Positions 62,680 through 64,000 of a DNA stretch of 64,000 bases are shown piece by piece. The translations under genes were made by a program, and so were the position numbers. Source of the DNA: Macrostomum lignano (lineage: Eukaryota). The notes beneath the pieces are model-generated. The model ran no database searches. It had not been told where the DNA came from and saw only the letters and a program-made list of their open reading frames with translations. The stretch's first letter is position 1; every line of letters starts with the position of its first letter. Where the stretch lies: NCBI GenBank assembly GCA_002269645.1, contig NIVC01003772.1:1-64000 (forward strand). The letters are read 5' to 3'.

Positions 62680-64000
62680 TAATCGTTGTACGGTGTCGTT
62701 GAATATTATTCGTAAAAGCGCGTAAAATTTTCAAAAGTAAAATTGTTCGGCGCGTCTGTTGAAGATGTTTGAATTGATTGAAAATATTAATAAGAGATTT
62801 TTGCATCAGACTCTTGTTTAACTTTATACGTATGCTCTTTTATAATATTTCTCTGTAAAATATCGTACGGTAATCTTATTTTAAGGACTATATAAACGGA
62901 AGCGTGAACTATGTTTGAGTGAGCTACCGCACTGAGTCCAGTGGTTTGCTTGCATTTTCTGTTTAATCCATATAATTCTTCGCCTATGTGACGGTGTTGA
63001 ATTCTTCTCTATATTTTTTGAATTTATTGTATTATCCTCTACTCGTGTCCAATCAAATCTATATGTAGCTATTGGGGGTGCTTGCTATTGTATTCGGGTA
63101 CGTGATGCTTGCTATCTTGGGGATGCTTTCTATTTAGGGGGAATGCCTGTTTTCTGTGAAGGCTATATTTCGTTGTTGTCTTTTTGTTACTTTTAGAATA
63201 AATAGATTCATTGCAAACATCTTTGTCCGTGACAATTTTACTTGAATAAGGTGATTTATAAAACCGAAGAAATTGATTCTTAAGAAAATGTGCTTTTTGA
63301 TGGATTTGCATTAATAATTTAATTTTGCTCTTTGCTTTTTGGGCGCCCCGAATGGGGGCACTACATTGCTAGTCTAATCTATGCTTAAGTTACATTTAAG
63401 TTTATTGTAACGGTAACTCAAAGGTAAAAAACTGAACTATTTTTATGTGTATGTGCATGAATTGTCTTTTTGCGCTGTTTCTTTCGTTCGTGCATTGGCC
63501 TTGTCTTGTGACCTTTGAAGGCGTCTCTTGCTGCAAAGACTCAGTTTATTACATGCTAAGCTAAAAGTTCTTTTTCGACATAGCATTGCATCCTAGTTTC
63601 AAGTACTTGAAAATTTAGAAATTTATTTTCATTTAGTACCGGAAATTCGTCGAAAACCTCGTCTTACTTCGTCGAACTATGAATAAAACAAACGAAGCGA
63701 CGCGTTCTGTTATTTTGTGAATATCTGGCAACTATTACGAAAGTATATAGAATAGGAACCTTTTATTTATTTAATTTTTTTAAATCCTCCTGTGCAAAAA
63801 ACATCAGTTTTAAATCCAAGAGACAGTTGTGCAGTCTTCACAGTTACATTTGACATTTAATTTCGATTGAATTTTAGCAAGGCTTGTGCTGCTAAAAGCC
63901 ATACAAAATAAGCACAAAAAGGAGAAGACAAATTATAATTTTTAAAGAAAAAACAGGTTACAAGTGACAACTGACAATTTAACAAGTAGTGACAACTTGA

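Overview
Eukaryotic, almost certainly invertebrate animal, genomic DNA: AT-rich, with spliceosomal GT-AG introns and TTAGGG-like tracts. The density of minisatellites and the Gln/Ala-rich orphan exons would fit a flatworm such as Macrostomum, but that is inference only. Roughly a third of the window is tandem repeat. Recognisable coding content: (1) a Helitron Rep-PIF1 helicase at 1-3870, frameshifted in its first 1.2 kb and followed almost immediately by a 6-kb satellite; (2) an apparently intronless adhesion GPCR at 18105-20608, split by one frameshift; (3) a 1.1-kb Mutator-like element with repetitive TIRs, a 9-bp TSD and an intact FLYWCH-only ORF, next to a decayed Crypton tyrosine-recombinase gene; (4) two orphan genes at about 26.3-27.9 kb (minus) and 32.4-33.1 kb (plus); (5) two tandem GT32 (DXD) glycosyltransferases, each with one intron at a different position; (6) an intronless secreted PAN-like/C-type lectin gene. 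The window also holds CORE-type SINEs, a hAT MITE with a perfect 8-bp TSD, head-to-tail mini-Helitrons and a family of palindromic elements. No CRISPR array, rRNA or bona fide tRNA was found. All alignments were done by eye and no database searches were run.
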